A stretch of 32,000 bases of DNA from an uncultured bacterium (GCA_963704705.1 OY969931.1:150001-182000), one strand, 5' to 3'; numbered from the stretch's first letter, positions 8,701-16,863 are shown. The notes: a model not told the origin generated them from the sequence alone. Numbers and translations: made by a program.

Positions 8701-10758
8701 CTTTACTTTTTTCATCATCAAAGCGTTCACGGAGTTATAATTTTTCATAAAACCTTTTTTCTCATCTAGTGTGCCTCTCATGATATCCAGCCAATCAGAA
8801 TTTTTATGCCATTTTCTTAACATTTTAGTTGTTTCACCTCGTTTTACTCCCGATAAAAATGCTTGTGAAGCATGTGTCCAATAATTTGGCACGGATGCAT
8901 TAATAAAATTATCTCCTCTTTGTATTTGTTTAGTTGTTGCATTTCTGCCGCGTAGCAATTTAAGTGCTTCATCCTCAAATAAATCTTTTCTTTTTTTATC
9001 ATTTTCAACTTCGGTTAATGTAACAATTCTTCTTACTAAATTATCGAAATTAAAATTATTTTTACTTCCCATATCTGCATCAACTTCTTGACCTAAATCA
9101 AGCTTATCAAATGCATCATGTAAAGAATTGGCTTTTCCTTTATTAATTAAATTTCTTAATTTATTAATTATTTTATAAGCGCCGAAATTTTTTCTTTTCT
9201 CAGGTTTCATCGGAACATTATTTATAACATTTTCCGCCATATTTAATATGCCTATTGAAGCCTTTTTTAAGCCTTCATTGCATTTTTCTTTTAATTCCAA
9301 ATATCCTTTATCCATCTGAACTTTGGCCCTTACATTTTTAAGTGGACTTCTTTTAATTTCGTCAGATTTTCTTGAAGAACTGTTTTGTAAATAATGACCA
9401 CCTTCGGAAAAACCCGCCTGATTTAGATATTTTTTAAAATGCGCATAGGCATTTATATAATCCTGGTTTTGCAAATCAACTTCTGCTCTGTAGTAATCTT
9501 TTTTAATAGGATCTTCTTTTGGATCTTCAATTTGTTTTTCAAATTTAAGCCTTTTAAAAATTTCCATATGATTATTTAATAATCCATTCAGAATACTGAT
9601 TTTCTGCATACCTTTTCCTTTTTTAAATAAAATGGTTGGAAAAAATTTATCTTTTGGATTATTTGGATTTTCTTTAAAGAAAAGACCGTACTGAGTATAA
9701 TTTTCTTCTATTGCAGCTTTCATTAATGGTCTATCTTCTTCTGGTAATAAATCCAATTGAGGATTTTTATAAAAGGTTTTTACTTGCACTAGCATTTTTG
9801 CGACCTGAACATCTAATATTTCTTCATTAAGCGAGTCAGGATATTTTTTTTCTTTTGAAACATTTTCATAATTATTGAATTCATCTATCACTAGATTAGA
9901 TTCAACTGATTTTTGTATTTCTCTGGCTTTATAATTTTTATTTTCAATCTCTTTTAATAAATCCATCCAATTTACTTTATTCTTTCCCTTTTTTAAAACA
10001 AGTTTGAAATTGGTAAATGAAGTTGGAGGCTCGTCCGGGATATCAGGGTTAATTTGTACAGGAACATCGCTTTTATCACCTGTTGTAGCCATCGAATATA
10101 TATGATCATCTTTATACTTATTTTCCATTTCATCAAATACAACTTTAAATTCAGATAACTTAACATTTCCGTTGCTATCAACACCGGTTACATAATTTGG
10201 ACCTTTAAGCCCGTGTATTACAGTTCCTGACTTGAAAAACATATTGAATTTTCCTTCAAGCAAAGATACTTCCAAAATGTCTTCCTTGATTTTTAAAGCG
10301 AGATCAGGGTGGAGCTTATCGATATTATTCTTTTTAGAAAAATTTTCGTAAAGTTTTTTAGCTTTTCCAAATTTTCTTTCCTTGACCAGTTTTTGTGTTT
10401 CCACTTCTTTTTTAAGCAACTCAACTTCAAAATATTCTTTTTGCTTTATTAGTAATTTTTCATACAATTTACCTGTTCTTTCATTTAATGAAGCATTTAA
10501 TTTTTCGCCCTCTTTGGCACTTACTTTTTTGTCCTTTAAAATTTCATTCATCAAATCCTGCGTGCCCCCCAGATATTGATCCATATCTGTTTCCCACCCT
10601 GGATAATTATTTTTTTTAATAAATTCTGTGGCCAGCTTTTGATATTTTGAAAGCATTTGTTTTGTTTCTTTGTATTTTTCCCATTTGGGAAAATTTTCAC
10701 CTAATTTATCTAATGCTGCTTTATCAACTACTTTTTTTGCATTTTCAAATACTTTCAT
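5794..10758 (-). CDS. Giant 1654-aa multidomain protein: helical/TPR-like N-terminus, Gly/Ala-rich hydrophobic middle, internal repeats, RelA/SpoT-type nucleotidyltransferase-like C-terminal domain
   Basis: Single uninterrupted ORF. C-terminus reads APVKKIGRTMEKAL...LLDIARGSLEYGTLPQIRHAVEAL...IKDNFGDPLKPNEHPAQYRDMNISIKFKDGRVAELQFHISEML, which aligns by eye with the RSH synthetase pattern. Confidence 0.9.
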   Translation of the reverse strand: MKVFENAKKVVDKAALDKLGENFPKWEKYKETKQMLSKYQKLATEFIKKNNYPGWETDMDQYLGGTQDLMNEILKDKKVSAKEGEKLNASLNERTGKLYEKLLIKQKEYFEVELLKKEVETQKLVKERKFGKAKKLYENFSKKNNIDKLHPDLALKIKEDILEVSLLEGKFNMFFKSGTVIHGLKGPNYVTGVDSNGNVKLSEFKVVFDEMENKYKDDHIYSMATTGDKSDVPVQINPDIPDEPPTSFTNFKLVLKKGKNKVNWMDLLKEIENKNYKAREIQKSVESNLVIDEFNNYENVSKEKKYPDSLNEEILDVQVAKMLVQVKTFYKNPQLDLLPEEDRPLMKAAIEENYTQYGLFFKENPNNPKDKFFPTILFKKGKGMQKISILNGLLNNHMEIFKRLKFEKQIEDPKEDPIKKDYYRAEVDLQNQDYINAYAHFKKYLNQAGFSEGGHYLQNSSSRKSDEIKRSPLKNVRAKVQMDKGYLELKEKCNEGLKKASIGILNMAENVINNVPMKPEKRKNFGAYKIINKLRNLINKGKANSLHDAFDKLDLGQEVDADMGSKNNFNFDNLVRRIVTLTEVENDKKRKDLFEDEALKLLRGRNATTKQIQRGDNFINASVPNYWTHASQAFLSGVKRGETTKMLRKWHKNSDWLDIMRGTLDEKKGFMKNYNSVNALMMKKVKQVLYTKGKAKEIKDLIKSITNENGEYIPGELRLPKNDDGLKQALFIVASGGLAGFLGRGATTFVTSRLASFAEQGLIRNLTTKLVAETAGLAVEAPAFEALMTGLQVADQGGGLNEMMKRFTFKGVKHSFTFLGSMKIVGMALNPLAKFTRMFRKIPPAELSKFQKLTQNLFPNAIHMAGSAGVMSYFSNTSFINNLAQMPLYHFGGAKFRKLFGNWEKKAQLKAEIAKMQGDVNPITRGKAKLLNEMLSDKKITPDKIELYAGLSAKQIAGIKELTEDPAYAGYIVLIRESIKQNGHITKNAQSLQSSLIGKLKKFGISEETAKKIINSIPVESILFSKELIKKRMQALREGSKLYKNAEDFLKNKKDKIKGYLKNNSIKHAFQVFMNNYNGKYEKFKKEHPKLGKLLPKDLRDLGILSISVVSGVVGTPLALVKVAPKEGSRSIAKLAESQGINLRTMKRPSMEALATEFNKTNQVPRSKRQEIAYTLLHKNKHGILAYNTKGKVQYYEKMTDYIKEAAFQIVKTNADGSLIAYNYKGEKQIYKTQAEYLVDKAVISLDKFNQPNVTNHGIAEQFTKRINGVEQTLAKMPDLQKPIEVLVKLRNSPGKLKKIGLSSPAALKRFDAYIKYVQKVQAEAVKIQKLSQSTKAKIHGKEMLLSKAPGLANASYAELQAIRKNPTQLKRLGIANTNPKINEANFKAFENYMEIVRLGKRKGTKDMLDSLMNDIAGKVKPVEEGVDLIGDGSHQTGNHQAPVKKIGRTMEKALDPGEYNGNASKLLDIARGSLEYGTLPQIRHAVEALKRHPKVAKIFIKDNFGDPLKPNEHPAQYRDMNISIKFKDGRVAELQFHISEMLKVKEQGMNIPSLKGKLKFSQREHELAAEIAKRIGKEGKLKLPTGTEFQTHTFYELWRSIPDRSPEQIAGIKNPVKRAKAEELFYFKKKLNRSQQKINEAAWEMYKKRVKLK

Positions 10759-11026
10759 TATTTTTTATTTTTGATATAAATTTTTTACTATAACTTTTAA
10801 ATTTTTTTTGAAACTTATCAGTTAAATTATGCTTTGCCATAATTACAATTTTTTTATCATTTTCTTTTTGAATTATGTCTTTAAAATATTCATAAGTCTT
10901 CTTAATAAGAGAATTATTCGCGTTCTCAATAAATAATTTCCATTCATTTTTTTCATTTTCAGAAAGGAAATCAACGTAATTAATAAGCTGGATTAATTTT
11001 TGTTTTGTGATTTTTGTTTTCGGCAT
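10745..11026 (-). CDS. Small basic helical hypothetical protein; likely starts at the internal Met (MPKTKITKQ...) rather than at 11083
   Basis: The track ORF is 10745-11083, but a TATAAT lies at 11056-11051 inside its 5' end. The 3' end overlaps the giant gene start by 14 nt. Confidence 0.5.
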   Translation of the reverse strand: MPKTKITKQKLIQLINYVDFLSENEKNEWKLFIENANNSLIKKTYEYFKDIIQKENDKKIVIMAKHNLTDKFQKKFKSYSKKFISKIKNNESI

Positions 11027-11050
11027 AATCTGAGCATAATATATCGTAAT

Positions 11051-11056
11051 ATTATA
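11051..11056 (-). promoter_or_regulatory. Candidate -10 element for the 10745-11083 / giant-protein operon
   Basis: On the minus strand, TTGATG-TATAAT lies about 25-30 nt upstream of ATGCCGAAA. No convincing -35 was found. Confidence 0.35.
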
Positions 11057-11105
11057 CATCAAAAATCGTTTAAAATAAAGCAAAAATGTTCAATTGCTAT
11101 ATTTA

Positions 11106-12653
11106 TTATCCAAATACCGCAGTAATCTTCGAATCCAACTTTGGATATTTTTTAAAATATTCCAAGCGCTCGCTTTTCAACCGCGTTACCATCTCATTGT
11201 ATTCATCTATACGGCCTGTTCGTTCGTATAAGTGTTTTGGTTGAACAATTTCCATGTCATCAAGCCCAGGAACTTCACTGGCTATCATATAGCCAAAATC
11301 AGGATCTTCTTCCCATTTAATTGTTCCTTCCGCAATGCCTTTAACGCACGCTGAAGAATGCGGGATTTTAACTTTTTTTGAAGATTCAATTGATTCCTGT
11401 CCGCCAACTCTTCCTGTGTTCATTAAGTATACTTCCATATCTATTTTTTCGAGTAATTCTTCAACTCTATTGCCTTGCATGTCATCAAGAAGTGGAAAGA
11501 AAGGGTTTGTTCCGGGTATGCGAAGAGCTTTGCCAGCCTCTGAAGCTCCACCAGCAGAAGTTCCAGTTGTTTCCCCAAGCATAAAATATGCTGCGGCTTG
11601 TTCAGCATTTAATTTTGCAACTGCAGGAATTATATTTTCGTTACGATTTAAAATAATTAAAGCATCCGCTTTCTCAATTTCGCTTGCTTTTGCCGCATTT
11701 GGGATAGCATCAAGGCTGAACACGGCACGTCCGTTTTTAGTATAGGAAGTATCAAAAAAGTCGAGCTCGCCTTCTTCGTTCATCGAAACATTTTCCAAAT
11801 ATGCACGCTTATCAATAGTTGCATTGTAGATTGCTTCTTCTGTTTCCGGATTCAAGCCAAAAGTTTTTGCAAAGCATCCGGCTTCAGTTGCAATAACTTT
11901 TCCATCAGGCATTAAAGCCACAAAGTCGTCCTGAACCGGCCGGCTGTTGTTTTGCGAAGTGAAAGTTGTTGTTGTTTTTCCTGTTCCGCTTAGACCGATA
12001 ATTAGAAATGTTTTTTCACCTTCAGATGTTGGGATGATTTTTGCACCTGCGTGAAGGGAAAGTCCGCCATGATCATAAATCATTTTATTCCACATTCTAA
12101 GACCAGCTTTTTTACTCTCTCCAAAATAATCAGAATTAAAAATTCTTGTAACATAATTATCTACATCAGCTGCAATCAATCTATCTTCAGGAAACCCCTC
12201 AGCCTTTAAATTAGGCGTATAAATCACAGTTAAATCAGGTTTATAATTTTCATTTTCATACTCCTCCAAAGGGTAATACATTATTTTTTGCATGGCAGCA
12301 ATATTCGCGATTGCAGGTTCGCAAATTAATCGAGCTTTTGTTTTGTACCCATCCTCATTTCCTATATATCCATCAATAACAATCATATCCTTACCTTTCA
12401 TATATTCATTCTGGATTTGCGCCATTTTATCACCTTCTTCTTTGCTAATTGTCTGCATTGTGTGATTTTCAGGATTATCCGAAACAACATAAGTTGAAGG
12501 AGCTGACCTTGCAACCACGCGAGTAGCCACATTCCAGTTGCCGTATTTTGTGCGCTTTGCATTTGGCATTTTTTTGATCATTTCATCGAGCTGCGCTAAA
12601 GAAGGATTGTAAATAAGATTCCAATCTTCCGGGAGAGTTGCGAAATTAGACAT
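11106..12653 (-). CDS. pckA: Phosphoenolpyruvate carboxykinase (ATP)
   Basis: 515 aa. FLIIGLSGTGKTTTTF (kinase-1a), VQDDFVALMPDGKVIATEAGCFAKT and IPGTNPFFPLL are PEPCK-ATP signatures. Confidence 0.95.
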   Translation of the reverse strand: MSNFATLPEDWNLIYNPSLAQLDEMIKKMPNAKRTKYGNWNVATRVVARSAPSTYVVSDNPENHTMQTISKEEGDKMAQIQNEYMKGKDMIVIDGYIGNEDGYKTKARLICEPAIANIAAMQKIMYYPLEEYENENYKPDLTVIYTPNLKAEGFPEDRLIAADVDNYVTRIFNSDYFGESKKAGLRMWNKMIYDHGGLSLHAGAKIIPTSEGEKTFLIIGLSGTGKTTTTFTSQNNSRPVQDDFVALMPDGKVIATEAGCFAKTFGLNPETEEAIYNATIDKRAYLENVSMNEEGELDFFDTSYTKNGRAVFSLDAIPNAAKASEIEKADALIILNRNENIIPAVAKLNAEQAAAYFMLGETTGTSAGGASEAGKALRIPGTNPFFPLLDDMQGNRVEELLEKIDMEVYLMNTGRVGGQESIESSKKVKIPHSSACVKGIAEGTIKWEEDPDFGYMIASEVPGLDDMEIVQPKHLYERTGRIDEYNEMVTRLKSERLEYFKKYPKLDSKITAVFG

Positions 12654-12716
12654 AATTTTTTAAATTAAATTACACGCGTATCTTAAACTCTTGGAATTAA
12701 TCGGGCAAGTTTAAAA

Positions 12717-13667
12717 TTACCTAACCCTCATCAAGCTTGCTTTACACTTTTCTCCCTCATCAGCTACTTTAATTGTGCCTTCTTCGGTATATTCAATGAT
12801 TATATGATCAGCTGATATATCAGATGATTTTTCAGGATCAAACCAATGAAATTTAGGATTGGCTTCAAGTTTTTTAATGGCAATTTCAAGCGTTTCAACC
12901 TTAGATTGAGCTAATTTAACTTTTTCATCTGCAATCATTGTTTCTTGGGAAACAGTACTGATTCTATTTTGTATATTAAACTCGCTTCTGGCTTTATTCA
13001 GCACTTCATTGGCTTTTTTAAGTTTTTCTTTTGCCATTTTAAGCAATCTTGTATCAGCCTGACCAATTGAATATTCTTCACCCGTTTCTATTTCAATTAT
13101 TAATTTTCTTCCTATTTCAGAATCCGCAGTTGAACACCAAACTATTAATTTCTCCTCTTTTCTTTCAATATTAAGAATGTGATTTTTTTCTTCTCCTTCT
13201 CTTTCAATTTCGATTTTAAGTTGCTGACATTCGCCGATTGTTATTGGTTTTTCTTTTTTTAGTTTAATTGTTTGCCCTACCCGAATTATTGATATTTCTT
13301 CCATTGCTTTTTCAACTTTTTGTGAACTTTGTGTTTGAACTTTGCCTACTGATTTAAGAATATTTGCTAAATCAACAAATAACCTTTCAGCAAAATTTCT
13401 GATTCCGGAAAAGCGATCTAATATTGAGCCTGCTTCACTTTTAAATAAATCAAGTGCGGTTTGTTTGCTATAATTCCCCTTAACATAATTCATAATTGGA
13501 TTAATCACATAATAAATTCCAAGAAGTTTTTTGATTAGTTCAGAATTTATTTCTTCTTCAACAGGGACTTTGACTTGCATCATCTCGCCATATATCTCCT
13601 TTTCTTTCAATCCTTCAACTAAAGTATCAGGTTCGATCTCTGGGTTTATTGATTCTTTTGTGCTCAT
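12717..13667 (-). CDS. Hypothetical coiled-coil protein (316 aa)
   Basis: Long ORF with a central heptad-like region (KMAKEKLKKANEVLNKARSE...EKVKLAQSKVETLEIAIKKLE). No recognised family. Confidence 0.65.
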   Translation of the reverse strand: MSTKESINPEIEPDTLVEGLKEKEIYGEMMQVKVPVEEEINSELIKKLLGIYYVINPIMNYVKGNYSKQTALDLFKSEAGSILDRFSGIRNFAERLFVDLANILKSVGKVQTQSSQKVEKAMEEISIIRVGQTIKLKKEKPITIGECQQLKIEIEREGEEKNHILNIERKEEKLIVWCSTADSEIGRKLIIEIETGEEYSIGQADTRLLKMAKEKLKKANEVLNKARSEFNIQNRISTVSQETMIADEKVKLAQSKVETLEIAIKKLEANPKFHWFDPEKSSDISADHIIIEYTEEGTIKVADEGEKCKASLMRVR

Positions 13668-13702
13668 AACAACTGATTAGTAAACAGGAGGTATACTTTA
13701 GA

Positions 13703-13715
13703 TGTTTGTCAAACA
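13703..13715. promoter_or_regulatory. Interrupted palindrome in the divergent intergenic region
   Basis: TGTTTG-T-CAAACA, perfect 6-1-6 dyad between the 12717-13667 gene and ppdK. Confidence 0.45.
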
Positions 13716-13751
13716 AAGTCAACATAAAAGAGTTTAAATCAAAATTCACAT

Positions 13752-13760
13752 TGCTATAAT
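13752..13760 (+). promoter_or_regulatory. Extended -10 promoter for ppdK
   Basis: TGCTATAAT ending 27 nt before the ATG at 13788. Confidence 0.6.
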
Positions 13761-13787
13761 ATCCAAGGCTTTTCTAACCAAATAGGC

Positions 13788-16379
13788 ATGCAATACATCT
13801 ATTCTTTCAAAGAAGGCAACCGCAATATGAAAGACACGCTTGGCGGTAAAGGCGCTAATCTCGCGGAAATGACTAAACTTGGAATTCCTGTTCCGCAAGG
13901 TTTTACGATTACAACCGATGTATGTGATTTGTATTTTAAAAATAATGGGTACCCGCAAGGATACGATGGTGATCTCGATAATTATATAAAAAATTTAGAG
14001 GAAGAGACCGGTAAAAAATTTGGCGATTTTTCTGATCCGCTTTTAGTTTCTGTGCGTTCCGGTGCTGCAATTTCAATGCCCGGAATGATGGACACTGTTC
14101 TTAATCTAGGCTTAAACGATGAGACGATTAAGGGTCTTATCCAAAAAACCGGAAACGAAAGATTTTGTTACGATGCTTATCGCCGTTTTATACAAATGTT
14201 CGGGGATGTTGTTTTGGGAATCGACCATCATAACTTTGAAGAAAAGCTAGAAGCAATAAAAAAAGAAAAAGGTGTAGAAAAAGATATTGATCTTAATGCA
14301 GAAGATCTAAAAAAATTGGTTTCGGAATATAAAGAAATCGTTTTTAAAGAGAAGGGAGAGCCATTCCCGGATGATCCGAAAAAGCAATTGGACATGTCTA
14401 TCGAAGCCGTGTTTTCGTCTTGGAATAACCAAAGAGCGCGAACATATAGACGTTTAAACAAAATAACCGGACTTCGCGGAACAGCTGTAAATGTCCAGAG
14501 CATGGTATTTGGAAATATGGGCGAAAATTCGGGTACCGGTGTTGCATTCACCCGCGATCCATCAACAGGTACAAACGAATTTTACGGTGAATATCTTATG
14601 AATGCGCAGGGTGAAGATGTTGTTGCCGGAATCAGGACTCCAAATAAAATCGAAAATTTAAAAAATGAAATGCCTCAAATTTATGAAGAGCTCATGAATA
14701 TTCGAAATAATCTTGAGAATCATTATAAAGAAATGCAGGATATTGAGTTTACAATTGAAAATGGCAAATTATTCATGCTGCAAACCAGAACCGGAAAACG
14801 CACAGCTGCTGCAGCTTTAAAAATCGCTGTTGATCTTGTGCGAGAAGGCCAGATTACAAAAGAAGAAGCACTTTTAAGACTTGATCCTAACCAGTTGAAT
14901 CAATTGTTGCATCCAATGTTGGATCCTAAAGCTGAGAAGAATATTTTAGCAAAGGGTCTGCCTGCATCGCCCGGGGCAGCCTGCGGAAAAGTTGTTTTTA
15001 CTGCTGACAACGCGGCTGAATGGGCTGAAAAAGGCGAAAAAGTTATTTTGGTTCGTAAAGAAACATCACCTGAAGATATTCACGGAATGCATGCTGCTCA
15101 GGGCATCTTAACTTCAACCGGAGGAATGACTAGCCATGCAGCTGTTGTTGCCCGCGGAATGGGGACTCCTTGTGTTGCTGGATGCGGAGATGTGCAGGTT
15201 GATTATGCTAGTCGTAAATTTAATGTTGGTGAAACTACAGTTAACGAAGGCGATATAATAACTTTGGACGGCGCCCTAGGTCAGGTTATTTTGGGCGAGG
15301 TTCCAACTATAGAACCTGAGCTTACAGGCGATTTTCAGGAAGTCATGACATGGGCCCGCGAAGCAAAAAGGCTTGGGGTAAGAACCAATTGCGACACTCC
15401 CCACGATGCACAAGTTGCCCGAGAATTTGGTGCCGAAGGAATCGGATTATGCCGAACAGAGCATATGTTTTTTGATGAAACAAGAATTAAAAACATGCGC
15501 GAGATGATTTTGGCCAAAGATCTCGAAGGCCGAAAAATCGCTTTGGCAAAGCTAAAACCTCATCAAAAAGAAGACTTCGTCGGAATATTTAAAGCCATGG
15601 ATGGTCTTGGTGTGACAATAAGACTTCTTGACCCGCCGCTTCACGAATTCCTTCCTCAAAAAGAAGAGCACATTGAAGAATTGTCACGCGAAATGAATGT
15701 GCCAATTGATGAACTTAAGAAAAAAGTCGCATCACTTCACGAAATGAATCCAATGCTTGGCCATCGTGGTTGTCGTCTTGGAATCACTTATCCTGAAATT
15801 TACGAGATGCAGGTCAGCGCAATTATCGAAGCCGGAATTGAAGCGCAAAAACAGGGCATCAGACCTGTCCCTGAAATCGAGATTCCCCTTGTTTCAAGCG
15901 CAAATGAATTTTTACAATTAAAAGAACGTTTACAAAAAATCATCGACCAATACGAAGTAACATTTGAATATAAAATCGGAACAATGGTTGAAACTCCGCG
16001 CTGCGCACTTACCGCAGACGAAATTGCTGAGCATGCAGATTTTATGTCATTTGGAACAAACGATTTAACTCAAATGACTTTCGGATTCTCACGTGATGAT
16101 ATCGGCAAATTTCTTCCGGACTATATTGAAAACGGAATCCTTGAAGTTGATCCATTCGAATCCATCGATATTAATGGAGTTGGAAAACTTATGAAGTGGA
16201 CAGTTGAACAGGGCAAAGCAAAAAATCCTGATGTTGAAATAGCTATTTGCGGAGAGCAGGGCGGCGAGCCAAAATCAGTTGAATTCTGCCACTCGATCGG
16301 CCTTGATTATGTGAGCTGTTCGCCGTTTAGAGTGCCGATTGCAATACTCGCGGCTGCTCAGGCTAATTTAAAAAAGTAA
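13788..16379 (+). CDS. ppdK: Pyruvate, phosphate dikinase
   Basis: 863 aa. Full-length PPDK with LGGKGANLAEM, GILTSTGGMTSHAAVVARGMGTPCVAG (catalytic His) and EICGEQGGEP-type C-terminus (ICGEQGGEPKSVEFC). Confidence 0.97.
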   Translation: MQYIYSFKEGNRNMKDTLGGKGANLAEMTKLGIPVPQGFTITTDVCDLYFKNNGYPQGYDGDLDNYIKNLEEETGKKFGDFSDPLLVSVRSGAAISMPGMMDTVLNLGLNDETIKGLIQKTGNERFCYDAYRRFIQMFGDVVLGIDHHNFEEKLEAIKKEKGVEKDIDLNAEDLKKLVSEYKEIVFKEKGEPFPDDPKKQLDMSIEAVFSSWNNQRARTYRRLNKITGLRGTAVNVQSMVFGNMGENSGTGVAFTRDPSTGTNEFYGEYLMNAQGEDVVAGIRTPNKIENLKNEMPQIYEELMNIRNNLENHYKEMQDIEFTIENGKLFMLQTRTGKRTAAAALKIAVDLVREGQITKEEALLRLDPNQLNQLLHPMLDPKAEKNILAKGLPASPGAACGKVVFTADNAAEWAEKGEKVILVRKETSPEDIHGMHAAQGILTSTGGMTSHAAVVARGMGTPCVAGCGDVQVDYASRKFNVGETTVNEGDIITLDGALGQVILGEVPTIEPELTGDFQEVMTWAREAKRLGVRTNCDTPHDAQVAREFGAEGIGLCRTEHMFFDETRIKNMREMILAKDLEGRKIALAKLKPHQKEDFVGIFKAMDGLGVTIRLLDPPLHEFLPQKEEHIEELSREMNVPIDELKKKVASLHEMNPMLGHRGCRLGITYPEIYEMQVSAIIEAGIEAQKQGIRPVPEIEIPLVSSANEFLQLKERLQKIIDQYEVTFEYKIGTMVETPRCALTADEIAEHADFMSFGTNDLTQMTFGFSRDDIGKFLPDYIENGILEVDPFESIDINGVGKLMKWTVEQGKAKNPDVEIAICGEQGGEPKSVEFCHSIGLDYVSCSPFRVPIAILAAAQANLKK

Positions 16380-16380
16380 A

Positions 16381-16716
16381 ATGAACGAAAGAGACGAATA
16401 TCAAATAGGAAAAATCCATGAACTTTTAGATACCATGGAGGCGCAGGAGCCCGACCCGACAGTGCAAAAGCTGGTTGATGCAGTAAGGGACAGACTTCAT
16501 TTAATGACTCCAGATTGCAGACCTTATTTTTCACCAAGAGAAGAAGCAGCGCGTATAGAATTATATGAAGAGCTTTTGTTAATGCCGGATAAAGATTTGG
16601 AATATTTTTTAGAATTGAAAGTAGGCGAGGCAATCAATCATTTAGATCATAGAACTTTAAATGGGCTTGCTTTAACAAGATTGCATATGGAAATGAGTGC
16701 AAGAACGCTGCACTAG
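16381..16716 (+). CDS. Hypothetical acidic protein (111 aa), likely co-transcribed with ppdK
   Basis: ORF starts 1 nt after ppdK ends, same strand. Confidence 0.55.
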   Translation: MNERDEYQIGKIHELLDTMEAQEPDPTVQKLVDAVRDRLHLMTPDCRPYFSPREEAARIELYEELLLMPDKDLEYFLELKVGEAINHLDHRTLNGLALTRLHMEMSARTLH

Positions 16717-16863
16717 TTGCAAATTTTTAATCGATTCAATAGCGTAAATATTTTCAGTTCTGGCCCGGGTCAGCCAAATCTGCGGCGCAATAAAATCATA
16801 TTAATGTCAAAAATTCCCCGGGGAAAGAATTCTTAATTAAAATTTATACTAGCATTCAATCGT

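Noticed and set aside
6185-10579. Plus-strand and short ORFs antisense to the giant gene (6185-6439, 7223-7531, 7559-7783, 7880-8092, 8213-8740, 10382-10579)
   Set aside because: They lie fully antisense to a continuous 1654-aa ORF and have composition typical of shadow ORFs (Phe/Ser/Leu/Pro-rich). The giant ORF has coherent repeats and a domain-like C-terminus.
11335-11745. Plus-strand ORFs antisense to pckA (11335-11745 and 11378-11584)
   Set aside because: Antisense shadow ORFs of a well-conserved gene.
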